From assembly GCA_046757685.1 (NCBI GenBank), contig JBHHYV010000004.1, positions 1,403-65,402 on the forward strand: a DNA stretch of 64,000 bases. Reading direction: 5' to 3'. Numbering within the stretch: position 1 is the first letter of the stretch; every line of letters starts with the position of its first letter. The stretch is from Myxococcota bacterium. GTDB taxonomy: Bacteria > Myxococcota_A > UBA9160 > SZUA-336. The position numbers were made by a program, and so were the translations under genes. The notes under the pieces are model-generated. The model made no database searches, was not told where the DNA came from, and worked only from the letters and a program-made list of their open reading frames with translations. Below, piece after piece: positions 38,106 to 47,965 of the stretch.

Positions 38106-39665
38106 TCAGATCAACGAGTCGCGGCCTTCCCAGTAGCGCTGCTTGATCTTCCGCTTCTGGAGCTTGCCGGTCTCGGTGCGGGGAAGCTCGTCGGCAAAAT
38201 CGATGCTGCGCGGACACTTGTAGTGTGCGATCTGCGTCCGGGAGTACTCGATCAGCTCGGACTCCAGCTCGGGACCCGGCCGGGCTCCCGTTGCAGGGAT
38301 GACGACCGCCTTCACCTCTTCGCCCATCGAGTCGCTCGGCACGCCGATCACGGCCACGTCGTGCACCCGCTCGTGCGCCATCAGGCAGTTCTCGGTCTCC
38401 TGCGGATAGATGTTCACTCCACCCGAGATGATCATGTTGGACTGGCGGTCGGTCAGAAAGAGGTAGCCCTCCTCGTCGAGGAATCCGACGTCGCCAAGGG
38501 TGAACCAGTCGCCGCGGTAGGAGCTGCGAGTCTTCTCTTCATCCTTGTGATACTCGAAACGCGCCAGCGGCTCCGCCGCGGCGGCAAAGTAGATGGCTCC
38601 CTCCCGCCGGGGCTCATCGATCGGCTGGCCCCTCTCGTCGAAGAGCATCACCTGCGCCCCGGGCCAGGGGCGGCCCACCGACCCGGGATGGGCCAGCCAC
38701 TGCTCGGAGTCGATGATCGTCCCCCCGCCCTCGGTCCCCGCGTAGTACTCCCAGAGGATTGGACCCCACCAGTCGATCATCGCCCGCTTGACCGGCACCG
38801 GGCAGGGAGCGGCCGCGTGCACGGCCACGCGCAGGCTCGATACGTCGTAGCGCTTGCGACGCTCGGGAGGCAGCTCGAGCATGCGCTTGAAATGGGTCGG
38901 GACCCACTGCGAGATGGTGACCTTCTGGTTCTGGATGATCTGCAGCGCCTGCTCCGGATCGAAGCGGCGCATGACGACGACGGTCGATCCGAGAAAGTGC
39001 TGGTTTGCGGAGAACGCGAGGGGCGCCGCATGGTAGAGCGGCGCCGGACAGATGTAGCGATCACCCTCGCGAAAGCCGAACATGCCGCCGAAGCCCGCGG
39101 CCGCGAGTCCCAGAATCGGATCGTCGAAGTCCCGCCCCGGAAGGGGGCGCCGCACGCCTTTGGGCTGGCCGGTGGTCCCCGACGAGTAGAGCATGACGGA
39201 GCCGCCCCGCTGGTGGTCGAGGGGCGGGTCCTCCGGAGCCGCCCCGACCGCGTCCTCGTAGCGCGTGAAGCCCTCGATCTCACCGTGCAGGGAGATCCGC
39301 TGCTCGAGGTTCGTAGCCTTCCCTCCCGCGACCGCCAGCTTCTCCATCCGCGCCGACGCGAAGAGAACCTTCGCGTCGCAGTTCTCGACGATGTAGCGCA
39401 CCTCGGCCTCGGCCAGGTGCCAGTTCACCGCGGTGAAGTAGAGGCCGACGCGCTGTGCCCCCCAGTACAGGTCGAAGAACTCGTCCTCGTTCCCGACCAG
39501 CACGGCCACTCCGTCGCCCTCGACGAGCCCGAAGCCGCGGAGCATGTGGGCCACCTGCCTCGATCTCTGCTCGAGCTGCGCATAGGTCTCGACGCTCTCG
39601 CCGTTTCCGTAGATCAGGGCCGGTCGGTCGGGGGCGGTACGGGCGAAGTCGATCAGGTTGGGCAC
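38106..39665 (-). CDS. Acyl-CoA synthetase (AMP-binding)
   Basis: YSSGTTGQPKG, APLYHAAP, EYYAGTEG, GDVG, ISGGVNIYPQE, LPRTETGKL; RBS AAGGAG. Confidence 0.93.
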   Translation of the reverse strand: MPNLIDFARTAPDRPALIYGNGESVETYAQLEQRSRQVAHMLRGFGLVEGDGVAVLVGNEDEFFDLYWGAQRVGLYFTAVNWHLAEAEVRYIVENCDAKVLFASARMEKLAVAGGKATNLEQRISLHGEIEGFTRYEDAVGAAPEDPPLDHQRGGSVMLYSSGTTGQPKGVRRPLPGRDFDDPILGLAAAGFGGMFGFREGDRYICPAPLYHAAPLAFSANQHFLGSTVVVMRRFDPEQALQIIQNQKVTISQWVPTHFKRMLELPPERRKRYDVSSLRVAVHAAAPCPVPVKRAMIDWWGPILWEYYAGTEGGGTIIDSEQWLAHPGSVGRPWPGAQVMLFDERGQPIDEPRREGAIYFAAAAEPLARFEYHKDEEKTRSSYRGDWFTLGDVGFLDEEGYLFLTDRQSNMIISGGVNIYPQETENCLMAHERVHDVAVIGVPSDSMGEEVKAVVIPATGARPGPELESELIEYSRTQIAHYKCPRSIDFADELPRTETGKLQKRKIKQRYWEGRDSLI

Positions 39666-39756
39666 GCGTGCTCTCCTTTCGCGGAGAGTATACGAGAACC
39701 CCTTCCCTGCGGGACCGGGTCGGCGCCGCCCTCCGAAAGCCGCTAGCCTGGCCGGG

Positions 39757-41061
39757 ATGTCGGACGTCCTTCGCGACCTGCGGCGCTTCCTCGACGCCTC
39801 TCCCACGCCTTACCACGCGGTGGGCGAGGCGGCGCGGCGGCTCGACGACGCGGGCTTCTCGCGTACGGATGAGCGCGAGCCGTGGAGCCTCGAGCGGGGT
39901 GAGCGCGGGTACTCGATCCGGGGCGGAAGCCTGGTGGCCTTCCAGGTCGGCGGCCGATCACCCGCCGAGGCGGGATTTCGGATCGTCGGGGCACACACCG
40001 ATTCCCCGAACTTCCGCCTGAGGCCCCTCAGCGACGAGAGCCGCGAAGGCTACCGGCAGCTCGGGGTCGAGCCCTACGGCGGGGTGCTGCTCCATACCTG
40101 GCTCGACCGCGACCTGTCGATTGCGGGCCGCGTATCGCTGGCATCCGCCGAAGGCCTCCGCAGCGTGCTCGTCGACTTCGAGCAGCCGCTCGTGCGCATC
40201 CCGAGCCTGGCGATCCACCTGTCACGCGAGGTGAACAAGGAGGGGCTCAAGCTGAACCCCCAGCAGCACCTGGTGCCGGTCTCCGGCCTCGCCGACGCGC
40301 CCCCGCTTCGCGAGCTGCTCGCGGCCGAGCTCGCCCGGCGGAGGACGGCCGACGTGGCGGCCGGGGACATTCTCGCCTGGGATCTCATGCTCTACGACGT
40401 GCAGCCCGCGTGCATCGCAGGAGCGCGCGGCGAGTTCCTGCTGGGGGCCCGACTGGACAATCTCGTGTCCTGTCACGCCGCCCTGTGCGCGCTCGTGGCC
40501 GCGGGGGAGGCTCCCGGGACTCCGGGCTTCACGCGGGTCGTGGCGCTCTACGATCACGAGGAGGTCGGAAGCCGCAGTGCAAGTGGCGCCGCAGGACCCG
40601 TCCTCGCCGAGGCGCTCGAGCGGATCGTGACCGGATTCAAGGGAGGCGCCCCGCAGGCACTGGCGCGCGCCCTTTCGCGTTCCACGCTGATCTCGTCGGA
40701 CATGGCGCACGCCGTCCACCCCAACTACGCCGACCGGCACGAGGCCTCGCATCGACCGATCCTCGGGCGCGGGCCGGTGATCAAGACCCACGCGAGCCAG
40801 GCCTACGCGACCGATTCCGACACCGCGGGGCTCTTCGCGGCGATCTGTGCGCGGGTCGACGTGACGCCTCAACACTTCGTCAGCCGCAGCGACCTGCCCT
40901 GCGGGTCGACGATCGGTCCGATCACCGCGACCCGGCTCGGCCTGCCGGCGGTCGACGTAGGGAGTCCCATGCTCTCCATGCACTCCTGTCGCGAGATGGC
41001 GGGCACCGCAGACGTGCAGCCGATGATCCGCGTGCTCGAGAGCTACCTGTCAGGCGGGTAG
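39757..41061 (+). CDS. apeB: M18 family aspartyl aminopeptidase
   Basis: SPTPYHAV, GAHTDSP, WLDRDL, RLDNL, DHEEVGS, DMAHAVHPNY, CGSTIGP, LSMHSCRE. Confidence 0.93.
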   Translation: MSDVLRDLRRFLDASPTPYHAVGEAARRLDDAGFSRTDEREPWSLERGERGYSIRGGSLVAFQVGGRSPAEAGFRIVGAHTDSPNFRLRPLSDESREGYRQLGVEPYGGVLLHTWLDRDLSIAGRVSLASAEGLRSVLVDFEQPLVRIPSLAIHLSREVNKEGLKLNPQQHLVPVSGLADAPPLRELLAAELARRRTADVAAGDILAWDLMLYDVQPACIAGARGEFLLGARLDNLVSCHAALCALVAAGEAPGTPGFTRVVALYDHEEVGSRSASGAAGPVLAEALERIVTGFKGGAPQALARALSRSTLISSDMAHAVHPNYADRHEASHRPILGRGPVIKTHASQAYATDSDTAGLFAAICARVDVTPQHFVSRSDLPCGSTIGPITATRLGLPAVDVGSPMLSMHSCREMAGTADVQPMIRVLESYLSGG

Positions 41062-42171
41062 ACCCTCCCGTCTCGGGCGCCGCTCCTCGACGGGGGGGAG
41101 CGCAGGCAAGGGCCCGGGGCGGTCCACCTGGTACCAGTAGGCAGTGCTCGAGTAGTCGTTCGCGAGCGCGTTGTCGTGACCCGTCTCGATCGTCACCCGG
41201 ATCGAACGCTCGAAACGGATCGGGTCCTCGACGTGGAAGCGGTACATCGAGTTCTTGCCGCCCCAGGGCCAGGCCCCGGTTCCGCTGTAGACGGTGATCC
41301 CATGGTAGGGCGCGGAGTACTCCTGCCGGGGGCAGAAGGCCGTGTTGAAGTAGTCCTCGGTTCCGGTTCCGTGCAGGCGGGGTGGCCAGGGCTCGCCGTC
41401 GATGAAGATCATGTCGTCCCCCTCGCCGTACCAGTCGTTCACCTGGCGCTCGAAGACGTCGATGTTCAGGTTGCAGCCCACGTAGTGGCCGCGACCCAGC
41501 GTATCGAGGATCCGGTAGTTGCGCTCGCCGGTCAGGTTCGGCGCCCGCCACGCCTCGCGAAAGCCGCCCCCCGCGCCGACCGGACGGGTGTCGCTGTAGC
41601 CGTAGTCCTCGCGCGTCCAGCCGCGTTCGCGCGCCGTTCCCGCGGTGGGATTCGCGCGGTTCCACCAGGCGTGGAAGAACGCGAGATCCGGATCCACGCG
41701 CTCGTGCTCCTCCCAGTCGATGTAGTAGAAGAGAAAGAGGGAAGCCGAGCTCTGGCTCTCGACCTCGAAGCGGGCTCCCCGCTGGAAGGGCATGGGAAAC
41801 CAGCAGTTCATTCCCTTGCCGTCCTGCGGACTCATCTGGAGTGGGAGCGACGTGAAGTTGCGTCTCAGGCCGAAGCCGATCCCGAAGAAGTCTCCGATCG
41901 GGACCTCGACGCTGGGCGAGCTCTCCCCGTCCCAGAACATGCGCAGCACCGTGGTGCGCAGCTCGTCGGGCTCGAGATCCCGCGTCGTGAGGGTCATCCA
42001 GATGTGGCGCACGCATCCCGGGCCCTCGAGCTCGCCCAGGCAGCGCACCTCGCCCGCATCGATCGAGATGCAGTCGAAGTTCCCGCCCCGACGGTCCCAG
42101 CTCGAGAGACGATGGCTGCGGTAGGGACGCAGCCGTGCAAGTCCAGCCAGAGAGCCCGATCCCAGGTCCAT
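41050..42171 (-). CDS. DUF2961 / glycoside hydrolase family 172 protein
   Basis: SSWDRRGGNFD, GPGCVRHIWMT, WDGE..PSVEVPIGDFFG, MPF, WYGEGDD, GTGTEDYF, YRFHVEDPI, SSTAYWYQ. Confidence 0.9.
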   Translation of the reverse strand: MDLGSGSLAGLARLRPYRSHRLSSWDRRGGNFDCISIDAGEVRCLGELEGPGCVRHIWMTLTTRDLEPDELRTTVLRMFWDGESSPSVEVPIGDFFGIGFGLRRNFTSLPLQMSPQDGKGMNCWFPMPFQRGARFEVESQSSASLFLFYYIDWEEHERVDPDLAFFHAWWNRANPTAGTARERGWTREDYGYSDTRPVGAGGGFREAWRAPNLTGERNYRILDTLGRGHYVGCNLNIDVFERQVNDWYGEGDDMIFIDGEPWPPRLHGTGTEDYFNTAFCPRQEYSAPYHGITVYSGTGAWPWGGKNSMYRFHVEDPIRFERSIRVTIETGHDNALANDYSSTAYWYQVDRPGPLPALPPVEERRPRREGLPA

Positions 42172-42347
42172 GACACCTCCTCCTCGTTCGCCACGCCACT
42201 ATGCCACGGCGCTCGCACCGCGCGGGGGACCCGACCCTGCGCCGCTCGCGACGAGCCCCCGCGAGCGATGCGCGACTCGAGCGTCGCGCCTACACTCCCT
42301 TCGGCGAAGGCCGGGCTCCTGGAGGCCGGTCGCGAGGGGGAGAGTGT

Positions 42348-43238
42348 ATGCGGAGGCTCGTGAGGGCGGTCATTGGAGTGGGACTTTGCGTCGGCGTCGC
42401 CTGTGCCCCGGGGGTCCCGGGCGGTCGAGCCGCAAAGAAGGCCATGGAGTCCGGCCGCCTCGACGAGGCGGCGCAGATGCTCGAGCAGCGGCGCGACCAC
42501 TACCCCAACGATCCCACCGCGCACGACGAGCTCGGAGAGGCCTACTACCGGCTCGCCCGCAAGGCGCTCGACGAGGGGCGCTCCGACGACTACGAGCACG
42601 ACCTCGAGCAGGCGCTCGACGAGTGGATCGAGAGCCTGCGACTCGCCCCCGAGCGTCCTTCGCCCCACGTCTGGATGGGCATCCTCGCGGCCTACCAGGG
42701 GGACCTGAAGCGTGCGGAGCAGGACTTCCAGAACGCGCGACGCCTCGACCCGCACAACCCGGTGCACTACACGAACCTGGCGGAGGTCTACGTCTACGAG
42801 GGCGACCTGGCCAAGGCGCGGCGCTACCTGGAACGGGGTCGCCGGCTCGGCTCACGAGCCGTCACCCTCGAGATGACCGGGGCCCTCGCGGCCTGGAAGG
42901 CGGGCGACATGGTCGAGGCGCGCGACCTCTTCGACAGCGCCTATCACCTGGATCGCAAGGAGGTGAATACCTGGAACGAGGCGCCGGTCTCGAAGCCGAT
43001 CGAGTCGTTCGAGGGCATGGCGGCGTTCTGCTGCTCCCACGTGGCCTGTGGGCCCTACATGGAGAGCGCCTGCCGCAAGGAGCGGCTCGAGGTGACCCGG
43101 CGCAAGCTGCGCGACGAGACGGCGCGCCGCGAGCTGGTGCTCGAGATGGAACGCCGGCGCAAGCTTCGCGAGATCTACGAGAAGCGACGCGACCTCAAGG
43201 TCGAGGTCGAGCCCGCAGAGCCCGCCCCCTCGCGCTGA
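42348..43238 (+). CDS. Tetratricopeptide-repeat lipoprotein
   Basis: Lipobox-like VGVAC, TPR helices (AHDELGEAYY, HVWMG, HYTNLAEVY) and a C-terminal CC..C..C cluster. Confidence 0.75.
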   Translation: MRRLVRAVIGVGLCVGVACAPGVPGGRAAKKAMESGRLDEAAQMLEQRRDHYPNDPTAHDELGEAYYRLARKALDEGRSDDYEHDLEQALDEWIESLRLAPERPSPHVWMGILAAYQGDLKRAEQDFQNARRLDPHNPVHYTNLAEVYVYEGDLAKARRYLERGRRLGSRAVTLEMTGALAAWKAGDMVEARDLFDSAYHLDRKEVNTWNEAPVSKPIESFEGMAAFCCSHVACGPYMESACRKERLEVTRRKLRDETARRELVLEMERRRKLREIYEKRRDLKVEVEPAEPAPSR

Positions 43239-43272
43239 GCCCCCAGCTCCGCCTGCGACGCGGGAGCGCGCC

Positions 43273-44325
43273 TCAGGCGCGGACCTCGTAGAAGGCGTTG
43301 AAGGGATTGTCCACGTCGAGGCGCTCGAAGCGGGTGAAGCCCGCCTCGCGGCAGAGCGCCTGGGCCCGCCTGGGTCCCCAGGCCGCGCCCAGGCCGACTC
43401 CCCCCTGGGCCAGGGACTGGGTCATGCAGTGCAGCGTGCTCATGGCGTAGAGGAGCGCCCCCCCGGGGTGCAGGTTCTCCTCGAGGTCGTGACCCGCGTC
43501 GGGCTCCACCATCAGGTAGGTCCCCCCGTCGGCCAGCGCCCGGCGAATGGCCTTCAGCGCGTGTTCGGGCTGGGCGATGTCGTGGATCACGTCGAACGTG
43601 GTGATCAGATCGAAGCCGGGGTCCGCCGGCAACGCCTCGGCCCCTCGCGGCTCGAAGCTCGCGTTCGCCAGGCCCTCGGCCTCGGCCGCCGCGCGCGCGC
43701 GCTCGATGGAGCGGGCGCTGATGTCGAAGCCGTGGATGCGCGACTTCGGATAGGCGCGGGCCATGGTGAGCACCGCGGCGCCCGACCCGCACCCCACGTC
43801 GGCGACCCGGATTCCCAGGCGCAGCCGCTCGACCACCTCGGGCATGGCTGGAAGCCACTTCCGCGTCAGCAGGATGCGCATCCCCGGGCTGTTGGAGCGG
43901 TCGATCCCCTCGATCATGTCGTCGCCGAACGCGTCGAACGCCACCCCGCCGCCCTCGCGACAGGCGCGGGCGACCCCGGGTACGGCGTTCAGGATCGACG
44001 GGATCATCTGGCTCCAGCCCGCCAGGAAGTAGGGGCTCGACTCGTCGGCCAGACAGGCCGCGTGCTCGTCGCAGAGCTCGAAGGATCGTGTCGCCGCCTC
44101 GTAGTGCAGGATCTCGGCCGCGGCCAGGCCGGAGCAGAGCTCCTGCAGGTAGCGCGGCTGCAGGCCGCTGCGATCGGCGATCTGCTCCAGCGTCTGCGGC
44201 CCGGCCCCGGCGAGGCAGGCGAAGAGACCCACCCGGTCCGCGACCCCCACCAGGCCCAGGGTCGCGCCTCCGGTCACCATGCCCATGAACCGCTCCATGA
44301 ATGCCCGGATACCCTCTCGATCCAC
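43273..44325 (-). CDS. Class I SAM methyltransferase with N-terminal winged helix (Rv2258c-like)
   Basis: DRVGLF..IADRSGLQPRYL, VADVGCGSG, GFDIS, FDVIHD, STLHCMTQSLAQGG.GLGA.WG. Confidence 0.88.
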   Translation of the reverse strand: MDREGIRAFMERFMGMVTGGATLGLVGVADRVGLFACLAGAGPQTLEQIADRSGLQPRYLQELCSGLAAAEILHYEAATRSFELCDEHAACLADESSPYFLAGWSQMIPSILNAVPGVARACREGGGVAFDAFGDDMIEGIDRSNSPGMRILLTRKWLPAMPEVVERLRLGIRVADVGCGSGAAVLTMARAYPKSRIHGFDISARSIERARAAAEAEGLANASFEPRGAEALPADPGFDLITTFDVIHDIAQPEHALKAIRRALADGGTYLMVEPDAGHDLEENLHPGGALLYAMSTLHCMTQSLAQGGVGLGAAWGPRRAQALCREAGFTRFERLDVDNPFNAFYEVRA

Positions 44326-44483
44326 GCCCGATCTCCCATTGCCGGAGTGCCCGGCCTGCGGCGGCATCCTCGCACGCGCCGGGGAGCGGGCAAAGTGTAC
44401 GCTCGCGGTGGGACATCGCGGCACGATCACGGGCAGCCGCGCCCCAGGAAGTCGCCTCCGGCCCCCGCCGCGCCCCGGGGTCT

Positions 44484-44499
44484 CGGTACGAGGATTGCG
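44484..44499 (+). promoter_or_regulatory. Putative sigma-54 (-24/-12) promoter of hemN
   Basis: CGGTACGAGGATTGCG against consensus TGGCACG-N4-TTGC. GG(44485-86)-N10-GC(44497-98), 38 nt before the start. Confidence 0.55.
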
Positions 44500-44536
44500 T
44501 CGCTTGCCTGGCGGCCCTTGCAGCGAGAGGGGAGAC

Positions 44537-45919
44537 TTGGAGATCGTGGCAGCGCAGGATCTCCGCGAGACGATCGAGCGCTACGACCGGCCCGGTCCGC
44601 GCTATACGAGCTACCCGACGGCGCCCACCTGGAGCGAGGGCTTCGGCGAAGGGGAGCTGCGCGCGGCGCTGCGCCGCTCGCAGGCGCGAGAGCTGTCGGT
44701 CTACGTCCACGTCCCCTTCTGCGAGCGGCTGTGCGCCTTCTGCGCCTGCAATCGCACCATCACGCAGGACCACGCGGTCGCCGGCCCCTACCTCGAGGGC
44801 CTGGAGCGCGAGGCGTCGCTGATCGCCCGCGAGCTCCCCGAGGGGGTGGCGGCGGTGCAGCTCGCGCTGGGAGGCGGAAGCCCGAACTTCCTGCGATCGA
44901 GCGAGCTCGAGCGGCTGTGCCGGATCGTCGATCGCCACTTTCCTCCGCGACCCGACGCCGAGAGGAGCGCCGAGCTGGACCCCCGCCGCACCACGACGGA
45001 GCAGCTCGAGGCGCTCGTCGGCGGCGGCTTCAACCGATTCAGCTTCGGGGTCCAGGATCTCGACCCTCGAGTCCAGCGCGCCATCCACCGGGAGCAGACC
45101 CCCATGCAGGTCCGCCGCCTGGTCGACACGGCTCGAAAGCTCGGGGTCCAGAGCGTGGGCTTCGACCTGATCTACGGGCTGCCCTACCAGACGGTGGCCC
45201 GCTTCGACCGCACCCTCGAGCAGGTCGTCGAGCTGGGGCCCGACCGGATCGCGCTCTACAGCTACGCGCACGTCACCTGGATCTCGAAGGCCCAGCGGCC
45301 CTTCGAGCGCAAGGACCTGCCGACTGCGAGCCAGAAGATCGAGATCTTCCTCCGGGCCCTCGAGCGGCTCGAGGCCGCCGGCTACCGCTCGCTGGGCCTG
45401 GATCACTTTGCGCTGCCGCACGATCCGCTCGCCCGGGCGGCCGATGGGGGCGACCTGCACCGGAACTTCATGGGCTACACGACCCGCTCCGGGGTCGACC
45501 TGGTCGCGCTCGGACCCAGCGGCATCAGCGAGCTCTCCGACGCCTTCGGCCAGTCGGAGCGAGACCCCGAGACCTGGCGGGCCACGGTCGCCCAGGGCCG
45601 GCTCGCCACCTGCCGCGGCTGGCGGCTCGGCGAGGACGACCTGCGGCGGCGCTGGCTGATCCAGCGGGTGATGTGCACCGGAGAGATTCCCACCCGCAGC
45701 TACCGCGCGCGCTTCGAGGAGCCCCTCGAGGAGCGCGTCCCGGACCTGCGGTCTCGCCTAGCGCCGCTGGTTGCGGACGGCCTGCTCACCCCGGAGACCC
45801 CGGAGGGCTGGCGAGTCACGCCCACGGGGCGGCTCCTGCTGCGGGTCGTCGCCATGGCATTCGACGCCTACCTGACCCCGCCCGATCCCGACCAACCCCG
45901 CTATTCGAGGACGGTGTAG
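44537..45919 (+). CDS. hemN: Oxygen-independent coproporphyrinogen III dehydrogenase
   Basis: YDRPGPRYTSYPTA, YVHVPFCERLCAFCAC, GGGSP, SFGVQD, DLIYGLP, GLDHFA, LHRNFMGY; TTG start with RBS GAGGGGAG. Confidence 0.95.
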   Translation: MEIVAAQDLRETIERYDRPGPRYTSYPTAPTWSEGFGEGELRAALRRSQARELSVYVHVPFCERLCAFCACNRTITQDHAVAGPYLEGLEREASLIARELPEGVAAVQLALGGGSPNFLRSSELERLCRIVDRHFPPRPDAERSAELDPRRTTTEQLEALVGGGFNRFSFGVQDLDPRVQRAIHREQTPMQVRRLVDTARKLGVQSVGFDLIYGLPYQTVARFDRTLEQVVELGPDRIALYSYAHVTWISKAQRPFERKDLPTASQKIEIFLRALERLEAAGYRSLGLDHFALPHDPLARAADGGDLHRNFMGYTTRSGVDLVALGPSGISELSDAFGQSERDPETWRATVAQGRLATCRGWRLGEDDLRRRWLIQRVMCTGEIPTRSYRARFEEPLEERVPDLRSRLAPLVADGLLTPETPEGWRVTPTGRLLLRVVAMAFDAYLTPPDPDQPRYSRTV

Positions 45920-45947
45920 AGCCGACGGGCTCTATAATCCGCGGACC

Positions 45948-46784
45948 GTGACTCCGCGCGATTCGCCGCTCGCGATCTTCGCCCCGAACCTCTTTGCCGG
46001 AAGGACCGCGCTGGTCACCGGGGGCGGGCGCGGCATCGGCCGGGCGATCGCGCTGGCCTTCGCGCGGCTCGGCGCCAGCGTGGTGATCGCGAGCCGGAGC
46101 AAGGAGAATCTGGATCCCACGGCGGCCGAGATCGAGTCGCTGGGCGCCTCGTGCCTGGCCTTCCCCATGAGCATTCGTGAGACCGACCAGGTCGAGGCAC
46201 TGCTCGAGGCCAGCCGCGATCGCTTCGGCGCCGTCGACTGCCTGGTGAACAACGCGGGCGGCCAGTTTCCGGCCCGGCCCTGGCAGATCAGCGACCGCGG
46301 CTGGCGGTCGGTGGTCGACCTGAACCTGAACGGAACCTGGAACATGTGCAGCCGCTTCGGAAGCGAGATGATCCGTCGCGGATCCGGCTCGATCGTGAAC
46401 ATCGTCCACGTCTACTCCTTCGAGCGGGGCGCTCCCTCCTTCGTCCACTCCGGCGCGGCACGGGCCGGGGTGGTGAGCCTGACGCGGAGCCTGGCGTACT
46501 ACTACGCCCGCCACGGAGTGACCGTGAACGCGCTGGCGCCGGGGAGCATCTCGACCCGCGGGCTACGCGAGGAGGAGTACGCGCGAGCCGAGGTCGACGA
46601 CTACGAGACCCTCCAGGTGCGCGACGTTCCGGCGCATCGCCTGGGAACGCCCGATGAGGTGGCCGCGCTCGTGCTCTTCCTGTGCTCTCCGGCTGCGCGC
46701 TACATCAACGGCGCGGCCCTCGTCGCCGACGGGGGCCAGACGCTCGCGAGCTGGGCGGACATGTGGAACCCGGACGAGCTCTAG
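45948..46784 (+). CDS. SDR, AtuB/2,4-dienoyl-CoA reductase-like
   Basis: TGGGRGIG, NNAGGQF, HSGAARAGV (the AtuB/peroxisomal reductase signature). Confidence 0.82.
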   Translation: MTPRDSPLAIFAPNLFAGRTALVTGGGRGIGRAIALAFARLGASVVIASRSKENLDPTAAEIESLGASCLAFPMSIRETDQVEALLEASRDRFGAVDCLVNNAGGQFPARPWQISDRGWRSVVDLNLNGTWNMCSRFGSEMIRRGSGSIVNIVHVYSFERGAPSFVHSGAARAGVVSLTRSLAYYYARHGVTVNALAPGSISTRGLREEEYARAEVDDYETLQVRDVPAHRLGTPDEVAALVLFLCSPAARYINGAALVADGGQTLASWADMWNPDEL

Positions 46785-46816
46785 GGCCAGTCCTTCGATA
46801 CGGAGCGAACACCGCC

Positions 46817-47962
46817 ATGGCACACGACCTCTTCCCGACCCCCGAGCACGAGCTCTTCCGCGATACCGTTCGCAAGTTCGTCGACGGGGAGCTGCGACCC
46901 CGCGCCCGTGAGTTCGACGCCATGGGACGGATCGACAAGGCGCTCTTCCGCAAGATGGGAGACCTGGGGCTCCTGGGGCTGCGCTACGACCCACGCTGGG
47001 GAGGCGCCGGTCTCGACTGGTCGTTCACGACCATCCTCTACGAGGAGCTCGGCCGCGCGGACAACGCCGGAGTCACCATGGGAATCAGCGTGCACACCGA
47101 CATGGCCACCCCGTCCCTGCATGCGTTTGGCAGCGACGCCCTCCGGGAGCAGTACCTGACTCCCGCCATTCGAGGCGAGATGGTGTCCGCGATCGCCGTC
47201 ACCGAGCCGGACGCGGGGTCCGATGTATCGGGCATCAAGACCCGCGCCGTCCGGGATGGCGATGACTGGGTGATCCACGGCAGCAAGATCTACATCACCA
47301 ACGCGGCGACGGCCGACTGGCTGTGTCTGCTCGCCGTCACGGACCCCGACGCGGGGTACGGAGGCTTCTCGCAGATTCTGGTACCCACGGACTCTCCCGG
47401 GTTCCGCTACCAGCTCCTCGACAAGATCGGGAACTGGGGGTCGGATACCGGACAGCTCTTCTTCGAGGACGTTCGGGTGCCGGTATCGAACACGATCGGC
47501 GAGATCGGCCGGGGCTTCCAGCAGCAGATGATGCAGTTCCAGGACGAGCGACTCGTCGCCTGCGTGAGCTCGGTCGCTGGATCCTTCGAGCTCTGGGAGC
47601 AGACGCGCCGCTGGGCGGAGGAGCGGGAGCTCTTCGGGACACGGCTCTCGAAGATGCAGGTCACCCAGTTCGCCTTCGTCGAGATGCTGACGCAGCTGAC
47701 GGCCGCTCGCGAGCTCACCTACGCCTGCGTACGCAAGACCCTCGCCGGGGAGGACGCGACCCGGGAGATCTCGATGGCCAAGCTCTTCTGCGGCCGCACC
47801 AGCCGCCAGGTCGCCGACCAGTGCATCCAGCTCCACGGCGGGTACGGCTACATGAAGGAGAGCGCCGCGGGCCGGGCCTTCGTCGACAGCCGGCTGATCA
47901 GCATCGGCGGAGGCTCCGACGAGACCATGATCCACTACCTCGCTCGCCAGCTGGGCTTCTAG
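46817..47962 (+). CDS. atuD: Acyl-CoA dehydrogenase (citronellyl-CoA DH AtuD-like)
   Basis: [60 protein letters not shown]. Confidence 0.82.
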   Translation: MAHDLFPTPEHELFRDTVRKFVDGELRPRAREFDAMGRIDKALFRKMGDLGLLGLRYDPRWGGAGLDWSFTTILYEELGRADNAGVTMGISVHTDMATPSLHAFGSDALREQYLTPAIRGEMVSAIAVTEPDAGSDVSGIKTRAVRDGDDWVIHGSKIYITNAATADWLCLLAVTDPDAGYGGFSQILVPTDSPGFRYQLLDKIGNWGSDTGQLFFEDVRVPVSNTIGEIGRGFQQQMMQFQDERLVACVSSVAGSFELWEQTRRWAEERELFGTRLSKMQVTQFAFVEMLTQLTAARELTYACVRKTLAGEDATREISMAKLFCGRTSRQVADQCIQLHGGYGYMKESAAGRAFVDSRLISIGGGSDETMIHYLARQLGF

Positions 47963-47965
47963 GCG

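Noticed and set aside
44279-44536. N-terminal extension of hemN with CPAC, suggesting a Zn-finger fusion
   Set aside because: It overlaps the divergent methyltransferase start and promoter region. A good RBS and TTG start at 44537 give a normal-length HemN.
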